NCBI GenBank assembly: GCA_950097015.1
Contig: CATNEN010000010.1
Coordinates: 1,798,001-1,862,000 of the forward strand
DNA length: 64,000 nt
Source of the DNA: Macrostomum hystrix
Taxonomy: Eukaryota; Animalia; Platyhelminthes
Direction: 5' to 3'
Under the pieces are notes generated by a model. That model saw nothing but the letters and a program-made list of their open reading frames with translations. It was not told the DNA's origin and did no database searches. A program made the translations under genes and the position numbers. Position 1 is the first letter of the stretch; every line of letters starts with the position of its first letter. This document shows, piece after piece, positions 29,601 through 41,165 of this stretch.

Positions 29601-32600
29601 AATTGAGTAGTGGGATTGAGAATCGAACGAATTGAGTATTGGGATTGAGAATCGAACGAATTGAGTACTGGGATTGAGAATCGAACGAATTGAATATTGG
29701 GATTGAGAATCGAACGAATTGAGTAGTGGGATTGAGAATCGAACGAATTGAGTATTGGGATTGAGAATCGAACGAATTGAGTAGTGGGATTGAGAATCGA
29801 ACGAATTGAGTATTGGGATTGAGAATCGAACGAATTGAGTACTGGGATTGAGAATCGAACGAATTGAATATTGGGATTGAGAATCGAACGAACTGAGTAT
29901 TGGGATTGAGAATCGAACGAATTGAATATTGGGATTGAGAATCGAACGAATTCAGTATTGGGATTGAGAATCGAACGAATTGAGTAGTGGGATTGAGAAT
30001 CGAACGAATTGAGTATTGGGATTGAGAATCGAACGAATGGAGTATTGGGATTGAGAATCGAACGAATTGAGTAGTGGGATTGAGAATCGAACGAATTCAG
30101 TATTGGGATTGAGAATCGACGAATTGAGTAGTGGGATTGAGAATCGAACGAATTGAATATTGGGATTGAGAAACGAACGAATTGAGTAGTGGGATTGAGA
30201 ATCGAACGAATTGAGTATTGGGATTGAGAATCGAACGAATTGAGTATTGGGATTGAGAATCGAACGAATTGAGTATTGGGATTGAGAATCGAACGAATTG
30301 AGTAGTGGGATTGAGAATCGAACGAATTGAGTATTGGGATTGAGAATCGAACGAATTGAGTATTGGGATTGAGAATCGAACGAATTCAGTATTGGGATTG
30401 AGAATCGAACGAATTCAGTATTGGGATTGAGAATCGAACGAATTCAGTATTGGGATTGAGAATCGAACGAATTGAGTAGTGGGATTGAGAATCGAACGAA
30501 TTGAGTAGTGGGATTGAGAATCGAACGAATTCAGTATTGGGATTGAGAATCGAACGAATTGAGTATTGGGATTGAGAATCGAACGAATTGAGTATTGGGA
30601 TTGAGAATCGAACGAATTGAGTATTGGGATTGAGAATCGAACGAATTGAGTAGTGGGATTGAGAATCGAACGAATTGAGTATTGGGATTGAGAATCGAAC
30701 GAATTAAGTAGTGGGATTGAGAATCGAACGAATTGAGTATTGGGATTGAGAATCGAACGAATTGAGTATTGGGATTGAGAATCGAACGAATTGAGTATTG
30801 GGATTGAGAATCGACGAATTGAGTATTGGGATTGAGAATCGAACGAATTGAATATTGGGATTGAGAATCGAACGAATTGAGTATTGGGATTGAGAATCGA
30901 ACGAATTGAGTAGTGGGATTGAGAATTGAACGAATTGAGTAGTGGGATTGAGAATCGAACGAATTGAGTAGTGGGATTGAGAATCGAACGAATTGAGTAT
31001 TGGGATTGAGAATCGAACGAATTGAGTATTGGGATTGAGAATCGAACGAATTGAGTAGTGGGATTGAGAATTGAACGAATTGAGTAGTGGGATTGAGAAT
31101 CGAACGAATTCAGTATTGGGATTGAGAATCGAACGAATTGAGTATTGGGATTGAGAATCGAACGAATTGAGTATTGGGATTGAGAATCGAACGAATTGAG
31201 TAGTGGGATTGAGAATCGAACGAATTGAGTAGTGGGATTGAGAATCGAACGAATTAAGTAGTGGGATTAAGAATCGAACGAATTGAGTATTGGGATTGAG
31301 AATCGAACGAATTGAATATTGGGATTGAGAATCGAACGAATTGAGTATTGGGATTGAGAATTGAACGAATTAAGTAGTGGGATTGACAATCGACGAATTG
31401 AGTATTGGGATTGAGAATCGAACGAATTAAGTAGTGGGATTGAGAATCGAACGAATTGAGTATTGGGATTGAGAATCGAACGAATTGAGTATTGGGATTG
31501 AGAATCGAACGAATTGAGTAGTGGGATTGAGAATCGAACGAATTGAGTAGTGGGATTGAGAATCGAACGAATTGAGTAGTGGGATTGAGAATCGAACGAA
31601 TTAAGTAGTGGGATTAAGAATCGAACGAATTGAGTATTGGGATTGAGAATCGAACGAATTGAATATTGGGATTGAGAATCGAACGAATTGAGTATTGGGA
31701 TTGAGAATCGAACGAATTGAGTATTGGGATTGAGAATCGAACGAATTGAGTATTGGGATTGAGAATCGAACGAATTGAGTAGTGGGATTGAGAATCGAAC
31801 GAATTAAGTAGTGGGATTAAGAATCGAACGAATTGAGTATTGGGATTGAGAATCGAACGAATTGAATATTGGGATTGAGAATCGAACGAATTGAGTATTG
31901 GGATTGAGAATCGAACGAATTAAGTAGTGGGATTGAGAATCGACGAATTGAGTATTGGGATTGAGAATCGAACGAATTGAGTATTGGGATTGAGAATCGA
32001 ACGAATTAAGTAGTGGGATTGAGAATCGAACGAATTGAGTATTGGGATTGAGAATCGAACGAATTCAGTATTGGGATTGAGAATCGAACGAATTCAGTAT
32101 TGGGATTGAGAATCGAACGAATTAAGTAGTGGGATTGAGAATCGAACGAATTGAGTATTGGGATTGAGAATCGAACGAATTGAGTAGTGGGATTGAGAAT
32201 CGAACGAATTGAGTATTGGGATTGAGAATCGAACGAATTGAGTATTGGGATTGAGAATCGAACGAATTGAGTAGTGGGATTGAGAATCGAACGAATTGAG
32301 TATTGGGATTGAGAATCGAACGAATTGAGTATTGGGATTGAGAATCGAACGAATTGAGTATTGGGATTGAGAATCGAACGAATTGAGTAGTGGGATTGAG
32401 AATCGAACGAATTGAGTAGTGGGATTGAGAATCGAACGAATTAAGTAGTGGGATTAAGAATCGAACGAATTGAGTATTGGGATTGAGAATCGAACGAATT
32501 AAGTAGTGGGATTGAGAATCGAACGAATTCAGTAGTGGGATTGAGAATCGAACGAATTGAGTATTGGGATTGAGAATCGAACGAATTGAGTAGTGGGATT

Positions 32601-35600
32601 GAGAATCGAACGAATTGAGTATTGGGATTGAGAATCGAACGAATTGAGTATTGGGATTGAGAATCGAACGAATTGAGTATTGGGATTGAGAATCGAACGA
32701 ATTGAGTAGTGGGATTGAGAATCGAACGAATTGAGTAGTGGGATTGAGAATCGAACGAATTAAGTAGTGGGATTAAGAATCGAACGAATTGAGTATTGGG
32801 ATTGAGAATCGAACGAATTGAGTAGTGGGATTGAGAATCGAACGAATTGAATATTGGGATTGAGAATCGAACGAATTGAGTATTGGGATTGAGAATTGAA
32901 CGAATTAAGTAGTGGGATTGAGAATCGACGAATTGAGTATTGGGATTGAGAATCGAACGAATTGAGTATTGGGATTGAGAATCGAACGAATTGAGTATTG
33001 GGATTGAGAATCGAACGAATTGAGTAGTGGGATTGAGAATCGAACGAATTGAGTAGTGGGATTGAGAATCGAACGAACTAAGTAGTGGGATTAAGAATCG
33101 AACGAATTGAGTATTGGGATTGAGAATCGAACGAATTGAGTATTGGGATTGAGAATCGAACGAATTAAGTTGTGGGATTGAGAATCGAACGAATTGAGTA
33201 TTGGGATTGAGAATCGAACGAATTGAGTATTGGGATTGAGAATCGAACGAATTGAGTATTGGGATTGAGAATCGACGAATTGAGTATTGGGATTGAGAAT
33301 CGAACGAATTGAATATTGGGATTGAGAATCGAACGAATTGAGTAGTGGGATTGAGAATCGAACGAATTGAGTATTGGGATTGAGAATCGAACGAATTGAG
33401 TACTGGGATTGAGAATCGAACGAATTGAATATTGGGATTGAGAATCGAACGAATTGAGTAGTGGGATTGAGAATCGAACGAATTGAGTATTGGGATTGAG
33501 AATCGAACGAATTGAGTAGTGGGATTGAGAATCGAACGAATTGAGTATTGGGATTGAGAATCGAACGAATTGAGTACTGGGATTGAGAATCGAACGAATT
33601 GAATATTGGGATTGAGAATCGAACGAACTGAGTATTGGGATTGAGAATCGAACGAATTGAATATTGGGATTGAGAATCGAACGAATTCAGTATTGGGATT
33701 GAGAATCGAACGAATTGAGTAGTGGGATTGAGAATCGAACGAATTGAGTATTGGGATTGAGAATCGAACGAATGGAGTATTGGGATTGAGAATCGAACGA
33801 ATTGAGTAGTGGGATTGAGAATCGAACGAATTCAGTATTGGGATTGAGAATCGAACGAATTGAGTAGTGGGATTGAGAATCGAACGAATTGAATATTGGG
33901 ATTGAGAAATCGAACGAATTGAGTAGTGGGATTGAGAATCGAACGAATTGAGTATTGGGATTGAGAATCGAACGAATTGAGTATTGGGATTGAGAATCGA
34001 ACGAATTCAGTATTGGGATTGAGAATCGAACGAATTCAGTATTGGGATTGAGAATCGAACGAATTCAGTATTGGGATTGAGAATCGAACGAATTGAGTAG
34101 TGGGATTGAGAATCGAACGAATTGAGTAGTGGGATTGAGAATCGAACGAATTCAGTATTGGGATTGAGAATCGAACGAATTCAGTATTGGGATTGAGAAT
34201 CGAACGAATTCAGTATTGGGATTGAGAATCGAACGAATTGAGTAGTGGGATTGAGAATCGAACGAATTGAGTAGTGGGATTGAGAATCGAACGAATTGAG
34301 TATTGGGATTGAGAATTGAACGAATTCAGTATTGGGATTGAGAATCGAACGAATTGAGTAGTGGGATTGAGAATCGAACGAATTGAGTATTGGGATTGAG
34401 AATCGAACGAATTGAGTATTGGGATTGAGAATCGAACGAATTGAGTATTGGGATTGAGAATCGAACGAATTGAGTATTGGGATTGAGAATTGAACGAATT
34501 GAGTATTGGGATTGAGAATCGAACGAATTGAGTATTGGGATTGAGAATCGAACGAATTGAGTATTGGGATTGAGAATCGAACGAATTGAGTATTGGGATT
34601 GAGAATTGAACGAATTAAGTAGTGGGATTGAGAATCGACGAATTGAGTAGTGGGATTGAGAATCGAACGAATTGAGTATTGGTATTGAGAATCGAACGAA
34701 TTGAGTATTGGGATTGAGAATCGAACGAATTGAGTATTGGGATTGAGAATCGAACGAATTGAGTATTGGGATTGAGAATCGAACGAATTGAGTAGTGGGA
34801 TTGAGAATCGAACGAATTAAGTAGTGGGATTAAGAATCGAACGAATTGAGTATTGGGATTGAGAATCGAACGAACTGAGTATTGGGATTGAGAATCGAAC
34901 GAATTGAATATTGGGATTGAGAATCGAACGAATTCAGTATTGGGATTGAGAATCGAACGAATTGAGTATTGGGATTGAGAATCGAACGAATTGAGTATTG
35001 GGATTGAGAATTGAACGAATTGAGTAGTGGGATTGAGAATCGAACGAATTGAGTATTGGGATTGAGAATCGAACGAATTGAGTATTGGGATTGAGAATCG
35101 AACGAATTGAGTATTGGGATTGAGAATCGAACGAATTGAGTATTGGGATTGAGAATCGAACGAATTGAGTATTGGGATTGAGAATCGAACGAATTGAGTA
35201 GTGGGATTGAGAATCGAACGAATTGAGTATTGGGATTGAGAATCGAACGAACTGAGTAGTGGGATTGAGAATCGACGAATTGAGTATTGGGATTGAGAAT
35301 CGAACGAATTGAGTATTGGGATTGAGAATCGAACGAATTGAGTAGTGGGATTGAGAATCGAACGAATTGAGTATTGGGATTGAGAATCGAACGAATTGAG
35401 TATTGGGATTGAGAATCGAACGAATTGAGTATTGGGATTGAGAATCGAACGAATTGAGTATTGGGATTGAGAATCGAACGAATTGAGTATTGGGATTGAG
35501 AATCGAACGAATTGAGTAGTGGGATTGAGAATCGAACGAATTGAGTATTGGGATTGAGAATCGAACGAATTGAGTAGTGGGATTGAGAATCGAACGAATT

Positions 35601-35952
35601 GAGTATTGGGATTGAGAATCGACGAATTGAGTATTGGGATTGAGAATCGAACGAATTGAGTATTGGGATTGAGAATCGAACGAATTGAGTAGTGGGATTG
35701 AGAATCGAACGAATTGAGTATTGGGATTGAGAATCGAACGAATTGAGTAGTGGGATTGAGAATCGAACGAATTGAGTATTGGGATTGAGAATCGACGAAT
35801 TGAGTATTGGGATTGAGAATCGAACGAATTGAGTATTGGGATTGAGAATCGAACGAATTGAGTATTGGGATTGAGAATCGAACGAATTGAGTAGTGGGAT
35901 TGAGAATCGAACGAATTGAATATTGGGATTGAGAATCGAACGAATTGAGTAT
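17687..35952. repeat. 29-bp satellite (GAGAATCGAACGAATTGAGTATTGGGATT), about 18.3 kb, about 630 copies, with higher-order duplications
   Basis: 29-aa (3 x 29 bp) periodicity in the track. Diagnostic variants repeat at offsets of ~6.1-6.2 kb and 3735 bp. Confidence 0.98.
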
Positions 35953-36628
35953 CGAAGAATAAAATTGGAATCCATTTAGAATCGATAAAATCAGAACTGA
36001 GTAAATTGGAATTGAAATTTCTCATTTCCACAGATTTACGAGCTAAATAACATTTACAAGAAAGTTTCCTCATTTTTTTGGTTTTTGTTTTTGCAAATAG
36101 GCAACTATTTATTCGGCAACCAAACAATAATTATTCCACAGCTCACTGACAAGCTTTCTCGGTGGAACATAAAGCATTTTGAAATACACTGCAGCGCACA
36201 CAGCTGGCGCTTCGGCGCCAGACTACAAGTTTGAGAGATGCACAGAGAAAGAGGCGAAAAGGTATAAAATATTCGAGACAAAGTTGTTCTCAGTTCTTTT
36301 CAAAGCATTTACAAGAGCATTTGCAGGTCTGGACTGGCAAACCTGGGGCTGTGCAGGGAGGGCAGAGCGGGCCCGGGTCAAAGCAACTCTGATGGCGGAA
36401 AGCAAAGCGAATAGCTACAGCCTGCACCGCCTGTCGAAGGCCGCTCGCCCTCCCCCCCGCCGGTGTCTCTATCGCACTAGCAAAGAGAGTCTGCGGAGGA
36501 GGGCCGGTAGTGGCGGAGGGTTCTGAGCGAGCCCTACTGAGGTGTCTGCAGGCTGCTAAGGAAATGACACTAAAGTGAATGTAGCGACCGGGAAGGTGTG
36601 GGCGGTGGAGAGCCGGGATCATCAGCCG

Positions 36629-37120
36629 CTAGCTGTTCAGAGTGTTCATCACCTCCGGGTTCTGCAGGATCTTCAGCAGGTCGGGCTCGGACAGGACGCC
36701 TTCGACGAACTCCTCCTCGGAGATCTCGCAGTTGCCGTCGACGTCCAGCTTGCTGAAGAACTCGTCGCAGACGTCCTCGGGCTGCCGGTTGAGCTGAACC
36801 CCGCGGTCCCTGGCTGTGAGGAACACCGAGTGCATGATGCTCAGCACCTCGTCCCGGCTGATGCTGCGGTCTTTGTTGCGGTCGAACAAGTCGAAGAACT
36901 GGTGCGCCTTCTTGCGCAGCTGGGCGGAGGAGCTCTGCGTCTTGGACACGTAGGTCATGAAGTCAGCGGTGCGGCCGCAGGGCTGCGCGGCCTTGAACTG
37001 GGCGTACAGGCTGCGGAGCTCGTCAGCGCTCAGCCGGCTGGCCTCCATCAGGAAGCCGACGGTTTCAGCGTCCAGCTCGCTTGGCGCGGCGGCTGCTGCT
37101 GATCGGCGAGCGGCGGACAT
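36629..37120 (-). CDS. Neuronal calcium sensor (NCS-1/neurocalcin/recoverin family)-like EF-hand protein, 163 aa, intronless
   Basis: SEL...ELRSLYAQF...PCG matches the NCS N-terminus and disabled EF1. EF loops DRNKDRSISRDE and DVDGNCEISEEE. C-terminal EGVLSEPDLLKIL resembles EGSKADPSIVQAL. ATG at 37120; AATAAA on the - strand at ~36108-36113. Confidence 0.85.
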   Translation of the reverse strand: MSAARRSAAAAAPSELDAETVGFLMEASRLSADELRSLYAQFKAAQPCGRTADFMTYVSKTQSSSAQLRKKAHQFFDLFDRNKDRSISRDEVLSIMHSVFLTARDRGVQLNRQPEDVCDEFFSKLDVDGNCEISEEEFVEGVLSEPDLLKILQNPEVMNTLNS

Positions 37121-37814
37121 CACGACGAGACAAAGACGAGAAGCAGCTGCCGAGGGAGGGCCTTGGATATCGTTAAGAGGCGAAGACCGTCTGCGGAAAC
37201 TTGCGACTCCTGACCGAGAGCGGCGCCTGTCAGGCCATTAGAGGGCCGCTGGTGCGGAGGTGGGGGGGGCGGGTGTCCGCGACACACCCTCCGGGCTCTC
37301 ACACCCACAGCCAATTGGGCGACCCATTGGCTGAGGGTGCTGCAGCTGTGTTGCATCGCCCGCAGTGGCAGCTCGAATGTACATATCATTGCCTGGCCTC
37401 TGCTCTGGAAAAGCATAAATCCAAGACCATAGAGCCCCTATTTTAGTCCAACAAATTATGACTCCATGAATACGTTTGCCTGCTAAGACTGTTAGAGTAC
37501 AGTAAAAATAGATGAGCAATTCGTGAGGCCGCAGCGGAAATGGCTGCAGACCTGACTGACCAGTTAGCATTAGCAAATAAAAAATGTTTGAAGCACTTCA
37601 AATAAACAAAAGCTCTCGAGTGTTAGAATTGCAGTAGAATCTTTATCTGCATTGCTTTGTGCAATGGACTTTCATTTATTGAGCGAGCGAATAAAATAAT
37701 GAGTTGCAGTCATAGCAGCTCTCTTTCATTTTATCTGCTTTTTTACCTGAGAAGGTTACTGAAGAACTGAAGAATATTAAATGGATCTTAAATGCGAGGG
37801 CTGGGCTGTATTAA

Positions 37815-38816
37815 CAATAGAACTACCAAGGGGGGGAATTTCCCCCCCCCCTTTGCTGCACCTGAACGGAACAATGCAAGCATACAAAACTCAAGAACAC
37901 GGGCCAACTTTTTGTTGCGCATCTTCTGAAACAAGAAACAAGTCGCCAGCTCTTCAGACCGTCGAGATATTCAATGTTTCTGGCCGAAGGTCCGATTTTT
38001 CCCATAAGAGCTAGTGTATTTCATACACCCCTATACACGAATTTGCACTGCGCCTCAGTGCGGCCTTGCCAGGCCTTCAAAATTGATCAGAATGTCACCC
38101 GAATGTGCCTGCACCATCTCCGTCTTCGGTGGTTACCTACCTTTATCTAGACGGAGCTGCTGGACCTTCAACAAGTGGCACTAGCCGACTATGGAGTCCC
38201 TAAAGCGAATTTCTCTACTTTCGCTGATCAAGTCTCGACATTGGGCAACACTCAACTACTTTACATGCTCCTCTAGTCCGTCAACCAATCAGTCACCACC
38301 CCGACGCCGTCAGCACCATCAGCAGGGTGCCTCCAGCTGGCAATGGAGTCCCTAAAGCGATTTTTTCTACTTTCTCTAATAAAGCTTCGATATTGGCCTA
38401 AACTCAACTATTACTTGTTTAAGGTCCAGCTGCTCCGTCTAGATAAAGGTAGGTGACCACCGAAGTCGGAGATGATGCAAGCACATTCGGGTGACATTCT
38501 GATAAAGTTTGAAGGTCTGGAAAGGCCGCACTGAGGCGCAGTGCAAATTCGTGTATAGGGGTGTATGAAATACACTAGCTCTTATGGGAAAAATCGAACC
38601 TTCGGCCAGAAACATTGAATATCTCGACGGTCTGAAGATCTGGCGACTTGATTCTTGTTTCAGAAGATGCACAACAAAAAGTTGGCCCGTGTTCTTGAGT
38701 TTCGTGTGCTTGCATTGTTCCGTTCGGGTGCAGCAAAAAAATTGTCAGGGGGTGGGGGAAAATCCCCCTCCCCTTGGTATAAAAACGGGCGGCAAAATTG
38801 CTTGGTAGTCCTACTG
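37815..38816. mobile_element. TTAA-flanked non-autonomous DNA transposon derivative with long internal inverted arms (foldback-like), 1002 bp
   Basis: TTAA at 37811-37814 and 38817-38820. Termini CAATAGAACTACCAAG / CTTGGTAGTCCTACTG. 37815-38176 is inverted at 38413-~38780. No coding capacity. Confidence 0.8.
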
Positions 38817-39476
38817 TTAAAGTCACATTTTATAGCAAAAATGGAAAACTGAGTTTTCATACACCCTATACCTTCATGCTTAATTACATCTCTGCTGCAG
38901 CAGTCACACCCACAGTCAGTCTCAGTCACACCTGCCCTGCCCCGGCTCAAGGTCATCCAAATCTGTTTCCTCCATTTCGCTGGGAAAATCTCGACCAGAC
39001 TGCGATCGACCCGGCGGGTCCCGCAAAGTGTCTCCTCCAGTTATCCCCCTAGCCCATCTCATCCCTGCATTCCTTCTCTCCCACCTGACTCGCTGCGGAG
39101 GAAGCAGAGCTTCGATCTTGCCGATGGAGGGCCAAGGGGTTGGGGGGACGGTTCAGCACCTGAGTCGGGTCCCACAGGCCCTGAGCTCCTTCGCCTTCGC
39201 GGACTTCGATTGACTGGACAAAATGGGAGAAGCGGAGATCCTCCCAGCTGGGCCAGTTTACCTGTGCGAATTTGCATCCCGGACAAAATCCCCCCGGATC
39301 GAAACTGCCGATCGAATGAATCACTCAAGGTAGAAACATTTACGAAAAGGCTGGCTTTGAAGCTTTCACCTTTAAACTGCGTGGATTAGGGGTTGTAATG
39401 CTGACAAATTAATCGCTCTGTTAGTTGATAGCAACAAAAGAGTATGAAATCGGTTTCGACAACTAATCGATTCTTA

Positions 39477-39751
39477 GAAGAGATCCAGTGTTGATTTCGA
39501 TGCGGTCCAGTGTTGATTTCGAAGAGGTCCAGTGTTGATTTCGAAGAGGTCCAGTGTTGATTTCGAAGGTCCAGTGTTGATTTCGAAGAGGTCCAGTGTT
39601 GATTTCGAAGAGGTCCAGTGTTGATTTCGAAGAGGTCCAGTGTTGATTTCGAAGAGGTCCAGTGTTGATTTCGAAGAGGTCCAGTGTTGATTTCGAAGAG
39701 GTCCAGTGTTGATTTCGAAGAGGTCCAGTGTTGATTTTGATGCGGTCCAGT
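39477..39751. repeat. 22-bp minisatellite (GAGGTCCAGTGTTGATTTCGAA), about 12 copies
   Basis: Direct inspection; 22-aa periodicity in the track. Confidence 0.95.
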
Positions 39752-40628
39752 TCAATTTCACAACGGTCCAGCTTTGATGTTTATTTTTTCCGGACCTAGT
39801 GGAAGCACATAAAAGAATAAGTTTGAGTCGCATCAAGCTGAGGTTTGCTCAAGACTCGATCTTGTCCTCTAGAGTTCCTCGGCCAATTTAATAGCTCGTC
39901 CCACTCGGTCAGCTGCAGACCTGTCCGCCAGTTCCGAGGAAAACACTCACGACGGCCGTCACCCCCATGGGACCAGCAGCTCAAAGGTTGGGAGGGGGAG
40001 AAATGGCGAGGGACTCGAATGGGAGGAGATGGATCGAGGCCGAAGCCCGGAAAGCGTTGGGCGGGGGATAGCACCGGTCCAACCTTTCAATTATTGATTC
40101 TACTATGAGAAACGGAATGACCAACTGTTGCTGGTGCGAGTGTCACCTGCCTTGCTGGCAGTGTGGATAATCCATCTGAAAGAGCCAGTTTTCTATGAAT
40201 CAGCTTTCCGCTCAGCTGTTTACATGCGGAATCAGTACAATGCGATTGAGTATTTGTCTCAACTAACAGACGCGACCACCAAAGACAGGTGTAATTTGTA
40301 AGCCATGAGTTTTAACAGCTACAAGAAAAACATGGCTTTTTCAACGACCGCGAACCAACTAATATAGGACTTGTATACTTAATATTCAATTACAAGTATT
40401 TAAATTTGGCCGACTTATTTTGTAAAAAAATTACATTTTTTACCACTCGAGGATTCCACAATGGATGCGCACACAGGCCTACTAGCAGTAGAGTGTGAAG
40501 CTGTTTGGAACAAAAGCTGAGCGTGATACGCGGCAAAGAATGGTGTCTGAAAAAGCTGTGAGGTTTGAGAATTCCTGTTTCGTTGTTTCATTTCATCGCC
40601 AATGTCCACTGGTCCTTTGGTTTGATCT

Positions 40629-40630
<2 letters not shown>

Positions 40631-40674
<44 letters not shown>
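40631..40674. repeat. (GCT)14 trinucleotide microsatellite
   Basis: 44 bp pure run. Confidence 0.97.
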
Positions 40675-40675
<1 letters not shown>

Positions 40676-40692
40676 GGTCTGGAAAGGGTTAG

Positions 40693-40937
40693 ATGGACAT
40701 GAGAAACATCAGATTGCATGAGAAACATGATATTGCATGAGACACATGAGATGACATGAGACACATGAGATGACATGAGAAACATGAGATTGGATGAGAA
40801 ACATGAGATTGGATGAGACACATGAGATTAGATGAGAAACATGAGATTGGATGAGAAACCTCATATTGCATGAGAAACATGAGATTGGATGAGACACATG
40901 AGATTTCATAAGAATCATGAGATTGCATGAGAAACAT
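40693..40937. repeat. Degenerate 19-bp minisatellite (TGAGAAACATGAGATTGGA)
   Basis: About 13 diverged copies. Confidence 0.88.
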
Positions 40938-41165
40938 ATGATGACAAAAATGTAGTATGAGATATGAAAGCTAAGATAAAAGGAGCAGTTTGAGATCATG
41001 TGAAATTGTAGTCATATTTTAAGGCTTAAGACACTCCAGCGCTATCTATTTAAGCATAAAGAAAAATTAAATAAACAAAAGTTAAGAATAAAAGTTTGAT
41101 TACAGCCAAAGCAGTTCAGGCTGACTCACTGACTGGCTTAGGGAAATGACAAAATGCTGATCAGA

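Noticed and set aside
17687-35952. CRISPR-like appearance (29-bp repeats)
   Set aside because: No unique spacers, no cas genes, and eukaryotic context.
34830-36127. 381/397-aa ORFs at the satellite end
   Set aside because: Translations of the 29-bp unit.
36179-36526. 115-aa + strand ORF
   Set aside because: Non-ATG start, no recognisable homology, and it lies antisense within the probable 3' UTR of the EF-hand gene.
38830-40110. GC-richer unique segments with 80-90 aa ORFs on both strands
   Set aside because: No RT, integrase or transposase motifs seen; may be decayed TE or regulatory DNA.
40495-40692. ORF ending in poly-Cys (or poly-Ala on the - strand)
   Set aside because: Produced by the (GCT)14 microsatellite, with a non-ATG start.
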